A stretch of DNA of 64,000 nt from an uncultured Thermodesulfobacteriota bacterium (GTDB lineage: Bacteria > Desulfobacterota > WTBG01 > CAIYCZ01 > CAIRTM01): positions 2,777 to 66,776 of the forward strand of contig CAZFIB010000013.1 of assembly GCA_964518865.1 (NCBI GenBank), read 5' to 3'. Under the pieces are notes generated by a model that was not told the DNA's origin, did no database searches, and saw only the letters and a program-made list of their open reading frames with translations. This document shows, in pieces, positions 18,850 through 27,959 of the stretch. The stretch's first letter is position 1. Every line of letters starts with the position of its first letter. The position numbers were made by a program, and so were the translations under genes.

Positions 18850-19521
18850 ATGATGCGCAATGATTCCGCCCTCGGCAATCAAAACGGCGTTGTGCTGGTG
18901 CTGTCGATATTCATGCTGGCGCTGCTTTCGATGATCGGAATGGCATCCATGATGCTTGGCACCTCCGAAATCGAAATTTCGGCAGGTGAAAAACATCACA
19001 AGGTCGCTTTTTACCAGGCGGAGTCCGGCCTGTCCATCGCGGCGGAGATCATTGAACAGCTTGACGGGTATGAATCGGTTTCCGACAATTTCCTTTTTGA
19101 CGACAACAGCACCATCGAGGTGGTGGACGGAGACTTTCTGTTCGAAAGCAAGGAAGTCAGTCAGGCAACCGGTATCTGGGACAAGGACAACCAGACCCAG
19201 GATTCGGTAAACATAAAAAAAAGAGGCCAGTCGGGTGAATCCATGTATCCGTATCTTGCCTCAGGGTCGACGCCCGATATCGTCGTCCGGTACTATACGG
19301 ACGATTCCCAGACAAACTATTCTATCGATATGAGTGTTGATGTCGACAAGGTCGGTGTGCGGCATGTAGTCGGAGGCGGTGCGGAATTCGGAGCCGGATC
19401 CCAGGGTATCGGGGTTGCATCGCACCGCGTGATTTATAATCTTGACTGTATCGCCACGCTGCCGGGCAGCAACCGAAACCCGCAAAATCACATTCTGGGC
19501 TATCAGCTGCTGCCTCGGTAG
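18850..19521 (+). CDS. pilX: Type IV pilus assembly protein PilX-like.
   Basis: QNGVVLVLSIFMLALLSMIGMASMMLGTSEIEISAGEKHHKVAFYQAESGL matches the PilX N-terminal domain pattern (hydrophobic helix, then EI..AG..........AF..AE.GL). Confidence 0.65.
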   Translation: MMRNDSALGNQNGVVLVLSIFMLALLSMIGMASMMLGTSEIEISAGEKHHKVAFYQAESGLSIAAEIIEQLDGYESVSDNFLFDDNSTIEVVDGDFLFESKEVSQATGIWDKDNQTQDSVNIKKRGQSGESMYPYLASGSTPDIVVRYYTDDSQTNYSIDMSVDVDKVGVRHVVGGGAEFGAGSQGIGVASHRVIYNLDCIATLPGSNRNPQNHILGYQLLPR

Positions 19522-19577
19522 CCCGCAACCCGAATTTCCGGGCCAGGCCCTGTGCGGCACGGCCGGGAGGAGTCGCC

Positions 19578-22500
19578 ATGAAGCTATACTACAGGTGGAT
19601 TGTACTGCTGCTCGCTGCGTTGTATCTCGCGGGCGCGGCGGATGCCCAGGCGGTCGAGCCCGATGTCGCCGACTATGCCAACCCCCCGATGTTTTTAACG
19701 GCTGATGTGCCGCCGCTGGTCATGCTGGTTATGGGACGCGACCACAAGCTGTATTATGAAGCCTATAACGATGCGTCCGACCTTGACGAGGACGGAAACC
19801 TCGATGTGGGGTTCGATCCGTCAATCGACTACTACGGCTATTTCGACTGTTACAAGTGCTATGAGTACAATTCGTCGAACAGCCGCTTCGAACCCCTGTC
19901 GGTAACGGCCGACAAAAAATGCACCAATGCCTGGAGCGGCAATTTCCTGAACTATGCCACCATGTCCCGCATGGATACGCTGCGCAAGGTTCTTTACGGC
20001 GGCAGGCGCTCGACCGACACGGCGACCGAAACCGTGCTGGAGCGGGCCTATATTCCGAAAGATGCCCACTCCTGGGGCAAGGAGTATCACAGCATAGCCC
20101 GCGACGGCTATGATATCAGCGACTACACCCCGCTCAGCGAGCCCCAGGGCGGCACCTATCACCAGTTTGTCAGCACAACGCTTTCGGACGCGGGCGACCC
20201 CCTGATGCGCGTGCTTGAAAACACCATTTACCGCGTCTGGGAGTGGGTGTCGATCGAGCGGCCTGTGGCCAGCGACAGGGCCCTGCACGGCGGCAGCGGC
20301 CCGTCGATTACCGATAACGGTGCTACCGGGGACCCGGAAGACGTCACGCTGGGCGGCAGCGCCGGCACCGCCAGCGACAATGCGGCCGGCGGCACTACCA
20401 CCACGGATGACGATTTCGACGACGACAGCCTGGACGCCATGTGGACCACCGCCGACCACGATACCGACCCCGGAACGACGTTTCAGGAGACCGGCCAGGA
20501 GCTCGTCATCACGGCAGCCGGCGCCGACGTGTGGACGAGTTCGGACGAATTCGGGGTCGTCTACCTTGACGATGTTACCGGCAATTTCGACGTCAGGGTT
20601 CAGGTCACCCAGCAGCAGAATACCAACGAATGGGCCAAGTGCGGCATCATGGTCAGGAACGACATGACCCAGCCGGGCTCTTCGACCGGCTACTGCATCA
20701 TGGGTGTGACACCCGGCAACGGGCACTCGTTTCAGTACGATAACAACGATAACGGTTTCCTTGACTCGCATGTCACCAACACCGGCGTCTCCCTGCCGCG
20801 CTGGGTTCGCCTGACCAAGGTCGGCACCACGTTCACCGCCTACCGCTCGGGCGACGGCGTCAACTGGACCGAGCACACGACCCAGACCATTTCTTCGGCC
20901 GCCACAACCCAGGACGTGGGCCTGTTCGTGACTTCCCACAGCGGCGGCAACCTGAGCGAGTGTCACTTCGATAATTTCTATATGGAACAGACCGCCAACG
21001 CGGATCCGGCGTTCGCCTTTGACGACAACACGTCGACCAAGTGGCTCATAGCCGATGAGCCGAGCCTTGCCGATCCCGCCTGCATACAGTTCGCGTTCGA
21101 CTCCGCGCAGCGCGTCCTTAAGTACACCATTACAACGGCCAACGATGCCGAAGGGCGCGACCCCAGGACCTGGATTCTTGCCGGCTCCAACAATGAAGTC
21201 GACTGGACCGAGATCGACACGGTTGTCAACGGCGCGCTGCCCGCGGACCGCGAGGAAGAGACGGAGTTTATCTGCTCAAATCCGCCCGGCGACAACGAGA
21301 CCTATATCTACTACCGGCTGTGCATATCGGACACGAAGGATGCGGGCGTGCCGGGTGTGCAGATCGGCGAGATCGAGTTCCTGACGTCCCTCGACCCGGT
21401 GCCGGCAACCGCCACGCTGACGGACTATGTTGTGCGCGTGCAGGTGGGGGTGGCCTCGATGCCCGAAGAAAACGCCAAGATGTACGGCGAAGGCGCCTCT
21501 GCCGTGTACAAGCCGATCGGCCTTTTGCAGCGCCACGGGGAAAACGAACGAATGTACTTCGGGCTTATAACCGGGTCGTATGCCAAAAATACCTCGGGCG
21601 GCGTGCTGCGCAAGGGCATCCGCTCAATCGCCGATGAAATCAATCTCACGACCGGGCAGTTTACCTCGGTCAACGGGATTCTCAACACGATCGACACGCT
21701 GCGAATCGTCGACTTCAGCTACAGCAACAATTCATACAACAGCAACTGCGGCTGGATCACGACCCGGCCGATCAACGAGGGCGAGTGCCGCATGTGGGGA
21801 AATCCGCTCGCCGAGATGATGTATGAGGGCCTGCGGTATTTCGGCGGCAAATCCGCCGGCACGGCAGACTATGACTATTCCTCGGGCGATGACGTCGATC
21901 TCGGTCTTCCCAAGGATTCCTGGATCGATCCCTACGACCCGTCGATCGGCTACGGCAAGTGCGCCCAGGCGGTCATGCTGGTCATGAGCGATGTCAACCC
22001 CTCGTTCGACTCCGACCAGCTTCCCGGAGTCGACAGTAACTTCGGCTCGTTCAGCGCCGCCCTGGAAGACCACAGCGGCGGGCCGGACCTCGACGTTGCG
22101 ACGCTGGCCGATGTGATCAGCGCCCAGGAGGGCATATCCGGCAACTATTTCATCGGTCAGCAGGACACGACCTACGACGGGGCCTGCACCGAAAAGTCAG
22201 TCAGCGGCTTCGGCGATATCCGCGGCCTGTGCCCCGAAGAGCCGACCAAAAAGGGCAGCTACTACTCGGCTGCGGTTGCCTATTTCGGCCAGACCGCCGA
22301 CATAAGCGCCGAGGAGGACAATCAGACCGTCATGACCTATGCCGTTGGCCTGTCCTCACCGCTGCCGCGCATCGAGATACCGTTTCCGGGCCAGACCGTC
22401 ACCCTGGTGCCCTTTGCCAAGTCGGTCGGCGGATCGAGCATCAGCGCGGCCCGCGGCAGCTTTCAGCCGACAAACACCATTGTCGATTTTTATGTCGATG

Positions 22501-25500
22501 TCATCGAGCCCACCTACGGCAGGTTCAGGATCAACTACGAAGACGTTGAGCAGGGCGCCGACCATGACATGGACGCCATAGCATTCTACGAGTATCAGCT
22601 GGTGGACGCTGCCGGTGACCCGACCGACAATGCAAGCCTTGCAGTCGGAATCGATGTTACGCTCACCTCCGAGTATGCGGCCGGCGGCATCGCCCAGCAC
22701 ATGGGGTATATCATCTCGGGAACCACGCAGGACGGCATTTACCTCGAGATTCGCGACTGCGACACGGCCAACCCCGCAGGCGTCGACCCCTGCGACGGCA
22801 ACAACCCTTCGACCGACCCGGACTATTTTCTCGATACGCCTCCGGGCATCGGGCCGAATCAGGGCGCAGGCGACACCAACTGGGATGACGATGCGCCCCT
22901 GCCGCTGCAGACCACCAGAAATTTTACGCCCGCGCCGGCGGGGACGGGGTCGGCCAACCTGCTGGAAAACCCGCTCTGGTTTGCCGGCAAGTACGGCGGG
23001 TTCGACGACAAAAACAACAACGATCTGCCCGACCTGCAGGAGGAATGGGATGATGACGCCGACGGCGTGCCGGACAACTACTACTATGTCGTAAACCCCC
23101 TGAAGCTCGAGGAGGAACTCAACCGCACCTTTGCCGACATCCTGAAGCGCACCGGCTCGGGTACGTCCGTCTCGGTTCTGGCAACCAAGGGCGAGGGCGA
23201 GGGAACCCTTGTACAGGCCTACTTCAAGCCCAAGGTAACCGGCCCCAGCGCTCTCTACGACGTGATCTGGGTCGGCTACCTGCAGTCGCTCTGGATCGAC
23301 CGCTACGGCAATACGCGCGAGGATTCCAATCACAACTATACGCTCGACCTGTACGAAGACGACATCGTCAGGTTTTATCTGGACAATAACGAGACGCGCT
23401 TCAGGCGCTACGAGGTTACGGTGGACGATCCCTACGCCGAGAACAATCCGGCGGTGGACGATTTTCCGCTCGATGACCTTGAGCCCATCTGGGAGGCGGG
23501 TGAGCTGCTGGCGCTGCAGCCCGAAAGCCAGCGTAAAATCTTTACCTATATCGGACCGGGCACCGAACTCGAACCTGACACAAACAAAATCGAGTTCAAC
23601 GAAATGAACATCGATCAGATAAAAAGTTATCTGGGTGTCGAGGACAGCGCCTGGGACTATCTGGGCACATCCTACGAGGACCGGGCCGCAAACCTCATAC
23701 GCTTCGTGCGCGGCGTTGAGGATGACGATCCGCCGTCGGTCTATAACTATGAGCCCGGCCATCAGATCCGGCCGCGCAAGCTCGAACTCAGCGACGCTTC
23801 GCTTGCCACGTGGAAGCTCGGGGATATTGTCTACTCCACACCGCTGTCCATTTCAAAGCCGGTTGAAAACTACGGCCTGCTCTATGATGACGATTCTTAC
23901 AAGAATTATTACGGCATGTACAGGGACAGGGAAACCGTGGTGTACGTTGGGGCCAATGACGGCATGATTCATGCGTTCACCTCCGGGGTCTTCCGGCTCG
24001 AGGACCAGAAGTTTTACAGTATTCACGATGTCGATTCCGGTTACAACCTCTCTGAAATCCCCGACACGCTGGGAATTGGCGATGTGCCGCTGGGCAGCGA
24101 GCTGTGGGCCTACATTCCCCAGAACCTGCTGCCGCACCTGAAGTTTCTGCCGGACCGTGACTATCCGCACGTGTCCTATGTCGATTTGCGGCCGAAGGTG
24201 GTCGATGCCAAGGTCTTTGCCGATGACGGTACGCACCCCGAGGGCTGGGGAACGATTCTGATCGGCGGCCTCAACATGGGCGGCAAGCAGATCTCCACAG
24301 CGAGTGCGGGAACGTTTAAGCCCTGCTTTTTCGCCATCGATATCACCAACCCCCGCAACCCGGTCCTGATGTGGGAAAAAACCTACACCGGGCTCGGTTT
24401 CGCATCCAACGAGCCGGCAGTCATAAAAGTCGAGGATGAGTGGATGCTTGCCATCGGGTCGGGCCCCACCGACTTTGACGGATCGAGCACGCAGAACGCC
24501 AAGGTGTTCATCGTCGATCTTGCAACCGGCACCCTCCTGCAGACGTTTACCGCTGCGGAGGGCAGCTCCGTCATGAACGCTCCGGTGGCGCTCGACAAGG
24601 GCCTCAATTTCAATGTCGACGCGATTTTCGCGGGCGCCACCTATCCCGATGCAGGCAGCCTGAAGGCAAAGGTGTACCGCGTCACCGTGCCCCAGACCGG
24701 CTCGGACTTCGATCCGGCGGCGGATGCCGAGTACATACCCGACCCGACCGACAGCAAGTGGAACATGGTCAGGGTGTTCGACTCGCCGCGGCCGCTTTCA
24801 GCGCCGTTTTCGCTCAGCGTCGACAAATTCGACAACAACTGGATTTTCTGCGGCACCGGACGGTACATCGAAACCTCTGATAAAACCAATACCGATCAGA
24901 ACTATATTTTCGGGCTCAAGGACCCCTTCTTCAATCCGGACAACAATACGACCTGCTACGGCCATTATCCGGCGGTGGAGTGCGAGCTGACCACAGCCGA
25001 CCTGTTCAATGCCGAGCTTTTTAAAGATCAGATTCACAGCACCGGCCAGATCGACCCGGTCAACATCGACGGTGAAACCGTGGACAGCTTTTCCGAGCTC
25101 CTCAACCAGGCGCGCAAAGACGACTACCGCGGGTGGTACCGGTATATGTGTCAGGGCCGTACCGATGAGGACGGCAACTGCTACCCTGCCGGCCCCTCGG
25201 AGAGAAATATCAGCAAGCCGTCTGTCCTGGGCGGGATAGTGCTGGTGCCGTCGTTTTCACCCAATGAGGATATCTGCGGTTTCGGCGGCAACGGCCGGCT
25301 GTTCGCGCTGTATTATGAAACCGGCACGTCATACCAGCGCAGAATCGTCGGTGCCATGGATCAGGATATCGTGCTGGATGTGGTGTCCCTCGGCGAGGGG
25401 CTTCCCTCGAGCTTCGGTATTCATGTCGGCCTCGAAGAGGGCGGCACCCTGTACAGCCAGGACAGTACCGGCAAAATTCTGCAGATCGATATTACCCCGG

Positions 25501-25547
25501 CCTTCAATCCCAAAAGCGCCCCGATTTACTGGCGTGAAGAGCCCTGA
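19578..25547 (+). CDS. pilY1: PilY1-like type IV pilus tip adhesin (1989 aa) with inserted ConA/LamG-like and discoidin (F5/8 type C)-like modules and a C-terminal PilY1 beta-propeller.
   Basis: Signal peptide MKLYYRWIVLLLAALYLAGAADAQA. N-terminal PilY1 region (YEAYNDASDLDEDGNLDVGFDPSIDYYGYFD). LamG-like segment ~20405-20985. Discoidin-like segment ~21001-21385 (FAFDDNTSTKWL...WILAGSNNEVDWTEI). Propeller from ~23700 (GDIVYSTPL...VYVGANDGMIHAF). Ca-binding loop DPVNIDGETVDS at 25053-25088. Confidence 0.85.
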   Translation: MKLYYRWIVLLLAALYLAGAADAQAVEPDVADYANPPMFLTADVPPLVMLVMGRDHKLYYEAYNDASDLDEDGNLDVGFDPSIDYYGYFDCYKCYEYNSSNSRFEPLSVTADKKCTNAWSGNFLNYATMSRMDTLRKVLYGGRRSTDTATETVLERAYIPKDAHSWGKEYHSIARDGYDISDYTPLSEPQGGTYHQFVSTTLSDAGDPLMRVLENTIYRVWEWVSIERPVASDRALHGGSGPSITDNGATGDPEDVTLGGSAGTASDNAAGGTTTTDDDFDDDSLDAMWTTADHDTDPGTTFQETGQELVITAAGADVWTSSDEFGVVYLDDVTGNFDVRVQVTQQQNTNEWAKCGIMVRNDMTQPGSSTGYCIMGVTPGNGHSFQYDNNDNGFLDSHVTNTGVSLPRWVRLTKVGTTFTAYRSGDGVNWTEHTTQTISSAATTQDVGLFVTSHSGGNLSECHFDNFYMEQTANADPAFAFDDNTSTKWLIADEPSLADPACIQFAFDSAQRVLKYTITTANDAEGRDPRTWILAGSNNEVDWTEIDTVVNGALPADREEETEFICSNPPGDNETYIYYRLCISDTKDAGVPGVQIGEIEFLTSLDPVPATATLTDYVVRVQVGVASMPEENAKMYGEGASAVYKPIGLLQRHGENERMYFGLITGSYAKNTSGGVLRKGIRSIADEINLTTGQFTSVNGILNTIDTLRIVDFSYSNNSYNSNCGWITTRPINEGECRMWGNPLAEMMYEGLRYFGGKSAGTADYDYSSGDDVDLGLPKDSWIDPYDPSIGYGKCAQAVMLVMSDVNPSFDSDQLPGVDSNFGSFSAALEDHSGGPDLDVATLADVISAQEGISGNYFIGQQDTTYDGACTEKSVSGFGDIRGLCPEEPTKKGSYYSAAVAYFGQTADISAEEDNQTVMTYAVGLSSPLPRIEIPFPGQTVTLVPFAKSVGGSSISAARGSFQPTNTIVDFYVDVIEPTYGRFRINYEDVEQGADHDMDAIAFYEYQLVDAAGDPTDNASLAVGIDVTLTSEYAAGGIAQHMGYIISGTTQDGIYLEIRDCDTANPAGVDPCDGNNPSTDPDYFLDTPPGIGPNQGAGDTNWDDDAPLPLQTTRNFTPAPAGTGSANLLENPLWFAGKYGGFDDKNNNDLPDLQEEWDDDADGVPDNYYYVVNPLKLEEELNRTFADILKRTGSGTSVSVLATKGEGEGTLVQAYFKPKVTGPSALYDVIWVGYLQSLWIDRYGNTREDSNHNYTLDLYEDDIVRFYLDNNETRFRRYEVTVDDPYAENNPAVDDFPLDDLEPIWEAGELLALQPESQRKIFTYIGPGTELEPDTNKIEFNEMNIDQIKSYLGVEDSAWDYLGTSYEDRAANLIRFVRGVEDDDPPSVYNYEPGHQIRPRKLELSDASLATWKLGDIVYSTPLSISKPVENYGLLYDDDSYKNYYGMYRDRETVVYVGANDGMIHAFTSGVFRLEDQKFYSIHDVDSGYNLSEIPDTLGIGDVPLGSELWAYIPQNLLPHLKFLPDRDYPHVSYVDLRPKVVDAKVFADDGTHPEGWGTILIGGLNMGGKQISTASAGTFKPCFFAIDITNPRNPVLMWEKTYTGLGFASNEPAVIKVEDEWMLAIGSGPTDFDGSSTQNAKVFIVDLATGTLLQTFTAAEGSSVMNAPVALDKGLNFNVDAIFAGATYPDAGSLKAKVYRVTVPQTGSDFDPAADAEYIPDPTDSKWNMVRVFDSPRPLSAPFSLSVDKFDNNWIFCGTGRYIETSDKTNTDQNYIFGLKDPFFNPDNNTTCYGHYPAVECELTTADLFNAELFKDQIHSTGQIDPVNIDGETVDSFSELLNQARKDDYRGWYRYMCQGRTDEDGNCYPAGPSERNISKPSVLGGIVLVPSFSPNEDICGFGGNGRLFALYYETGTSYQRRIVGAMDQDIVLDVVSLGEGLPSSFGIHVGLEEGGTLYSQDSTGKILQIDITPAFNPKSAPIYWREEP

Positions 25548-25590
25548 CCTGCATATCCGGCCGTTTCGGAAGCCGACCTGTTTTTTGTGC

Positions 25591-25619
25591 AAAGCCCCTT
25601 TCAGAAGGGGCTTTTTTTA
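25591..25619 (+). terminator. Rho-independent terminator after pilY1.
   Basis: AAGCCCCTT-tcag-AAGGGGCTT followed by TTTTTTT. Confidence 0.85.
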
Positions 25620-25659
25620 TGGATTTGACTTTTAGACGAAACATTATATTCTTAAGCCC

Positions 25660-27462
25660 ATGAAAGAGCGGCTGACCCTCCAGGATTACTGCGACATACT
25701 GTTGCGGCAGAAGGCGATTACCGCCGAGAGCCGCGCGATGCTGCTTTCACAGGAGTCGGAGCAGCGCGAAAAGCTTGAAAAGATTCAGGAGCTCAAGGGC
25801 GATGCGGGTGACTTTGCCGTCACCCCGGCTGAAATCATCGCCTCGCTGCACATAACCGATGCGCGCAGCAACACGGATCAGCTGACCGAGGAGGCGGTCA
25901 TGCGCGAGGTGGCCGCAGCCCTGGGGTTCGATTTCAAGAAGATCGACCCGCTTGAGCTCGACCTCGACGTGGTCACGCGCACTGTCTCGAAAGCCTTTGC
26001 CGTCAGGAGCCTGGCGGTTCCCATAGAGCTTCAAAACGGCGTGCTGAAAGTCGCGATGGTCGATCCCCTCAACCGGGAAATCGTGGACGACATTCACAAG
26101 GTTCACAAGCTGAACGTCACGCCGGTGATGAGCACCAAGTCCGATATCGTCAAGCTCATCCAGGAGTTTTACGGGTTCAAGCAGTCGGTGGTCAAGGCCG
26201 AGCGCGAGCTGGTGGCGCCGTTCAGCGATATCGGCAACCTCGAGCAGTACGCACGCCTGGGAACCGTCGGGGAAATCGAGTCGACCGACAAGTATATTCA
26301 AAACGCGGTGGACTACCTCTTCCGCTACGCGTTCGAGCAGCGCGCCAGCGATATTCATATCGAGCCCAAGCGGGAAAAAAGCATCGTGCGCTTCCGTATC
26401 GACGGGCTGCTGTATCCGATCTACTCGGTACCCGGCGTTGTGCACAATGCCATGATTTCGCGCATCAAGTCGATATCCCGGCTCAATATCGCCGAAAAGC
26501 GCCGGCCGCAGGACGGCAGGATCAAGCTGCAGCATGACGAGCGCGAGGTGGAAATACGCGTTTCCACCGTGCCGGTGGCGTTCGGCGAAAAAGCCGTGCT
26601 GCGCGTCCTGAATCCGGAGGTGCTGTTTCAGGACCTTGAGATGCTCGGCTTCGATGCCGGCGAACTCATCCGGTATCGCGGTTTTCTCGATCAGCCCAAC
26701 GGCATTATACTGTTTACCGGCCCGACCGGCAGCGGCAAGACGACCTCGCTGTACTCCTCGCTCAGGTTTCTTTCCTCGACCGAGACGAATATAACCACCA
26801 TCGAAGATCCCATCGAGATGGTCTGCGAGGACTATAACCAGATCGCCGTGCAGCCGGCGGTGGGCATCACCTTCGCCTCCATACTGCGCACCATTCTCAG
26901 GCAGGATCCCGATATCATAATGGTCGGTGAGATACGCGACCGGGAGACGGCCCGCAATGCCATCCAGGCCGCCCTGACCGGCCACCTTGTGCTGAGCACC
27001 CTGCACACCAATGACGCATCCTCCGCGGTTACGCGTCTCATCGATCTTGAGATCGAGCCGTTTCTGATAAGCTCGACCCTCATCGGCGTTGTTGCCCAGC
27101 GCCTGGTCCGCACGGTCTGCCCGCGCTGCACGGAGTCATACGATCTGACGCGGGAGGATTTCGAAGGCCTGGGCCTGCAGCTGCCCCCCGACAACCGCGA
27201 TGAGGTGATAACCATGAAACGCGGTACGGGGTGCCTGCACTGCCGGTCGACCGGGTATGTCGGCAGGGAGGCGGTTTTTGAAATTCTGAGCATTACCGAA
27301 AAAGTGCGCACGCTGATCAACCGGAGTGCCCATGCAGAGTCGATACGCAAAACCGGGCAGTCCGAAGGCATGAAGCTTCTCAGGGAAAGCGCCGTGCAGA
27401 AGGTGCTCAAAGGCAGAACCACCTACAACGAGGTGCTGCGGTGCATCAGCCAAGAAGCCTGA
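25660..27462 (+). CDS. pilB: GspE/PilB-family secretion ATPase (type IV pilus extension ATPase-like) with an N-terminal T2SSE_N domain and a tetracysteine zinc motif.
   Basis: Walker A GPTGSGKTT. Asp and His boxes. CPRC...CLHC. Confidence 0.85.
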   Translation: MKERLTLQDYCDILLRQKAITAESRAMLLSQESEQREKLEKIQELKGDAGDFAVTPAEIIASLHITDARSNTDQLTEEAVMREVAAALGFDFKKIDPLELDLDVVTRTVSKAFAVRSLAVPIELQNGVLKVAMVDPLNREIVDDIHKVHKLNVTPVMSTKSDIVKLIQEFYGFKQSVVKAERELVAPFSDIGNLEQYARLGTVGEIESTDKYIQNAVDYLFRYAFEQRASDIHIEPKREKSIVRFRIDGLLYPIYSVPGVVHNAMISRIKSISRLNIAEKRRPQDGRIKLQHDEREVEIRVSTVPVAFGEKAVLRVLNPEVLFQDLEMLGFDAGELIRYRGFLDQPNGIILFTGPTGSGKTTSLYSSLRFLSSTETNITTIEDPIEMVCEDYNQIAVQPAVGITFASILRTILRQDPDIIMVGEIRDRETARNAIQAALTGHLVLSTLHTNDASSAVTRLIDLEIEPFLISSTLIGVVAQRLVRTVCPRCTESYDLTREDFEGLGLQLPPDNRDEVITMKRGTGCLHCRSTGYVGREAVFEILSITEKVRTLINRSAHAESIRKTGQSEGMKLLRESAVQKVLKGRTTYNEVLRCISQEA

Positions 27463-27959
27463 AAAGCAAACTCAAAACACTCGAGGAGCTGCGGGACATC
27501 ATCGCCGGCATGAAACGCGAGGGAAAGCGCATCGTGTTCACCAACGGCTGTTTCGATATCCTGCACGCGGGGCATGTGTGTCTGCTGGAGGAGGCGCGCC
27601 GGCAGGGCGATGCGCTGGTTGTCGCCATGAACAGCGACCGCTCGGTAGCCGGTCTCAAGGGCGCCGGCAGGCCTGTGGTGCCCGAGCATCTTCGCGCGCA
27701 GGTGCTGGGGGCCCTGGAATCTGTCGACTATGTGGTCATCTTCGACGAGCCCGACCCACTGTGCCAGATCAGCACCGTCGTTCCCGATATACTTGTAAAG
27801 GGAGGCGACTGGAAGCCGGAACAGATCGTCGGACGAGATGTCGTGGAGCGGGCCGGCGGGCGCGTGGTGACGATTCCGCTAAAGTATGGCGCTTCTACAA
27901 CCGATATAATAAGCACGGTTATCAAAAAACACTCATATCGGTATGATTCAGGGCCATGA
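27441..27959 (+). CDS. D-glycero-beta-D-manno-heptose-1-phosphate adenylyltransferase-like cytidylyltransferase (HldE domain II / RfaE2 type).
   Basis: IVFTNGCFDILHAGHVCLL...NSDRSVAGLKGAGRPVVPEHLRAQVLGALESVDYVVIFDE...LVKGGDW is near-colinear with E. coli HldE C-domain motifs. It overlaps the pilB 3' end by 22 nt. Confidence 0.8.
   Translation: MHQPRSLKSKLKTLEELRDIIAGMKREGKRIVFTNGCFDILHAGHVCLLEEARRQGDALVVAMNSDRSVAGLKGAGRPVVPEHLRAQVLGALESVDYVVIFDEPDPLCQISTVVPDILVKGGDWKPEQIVGRDVVERAGGRVVTIPLKYGASTTDIISTVIKKHSYRYDSGP

Noticed and set aside
19821-23762. Long minus-strand ORFs inside pilY1 (19821..20966, 381 aa; 22356..23762, 468 aa).
   Set aside because: They are antisense shadows of a 1989-aa gene with clear PilY1 domains. 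They are Gly/Arg/Ala/Val-rich with no motifs.
25747-27006. 419-aa minus-strand ORF antisense to pilB.
   Set aside because: Shadow ORF. pilB on the plus strand has Walker A/B, Asp/His boxes and a tetracysteine motif.
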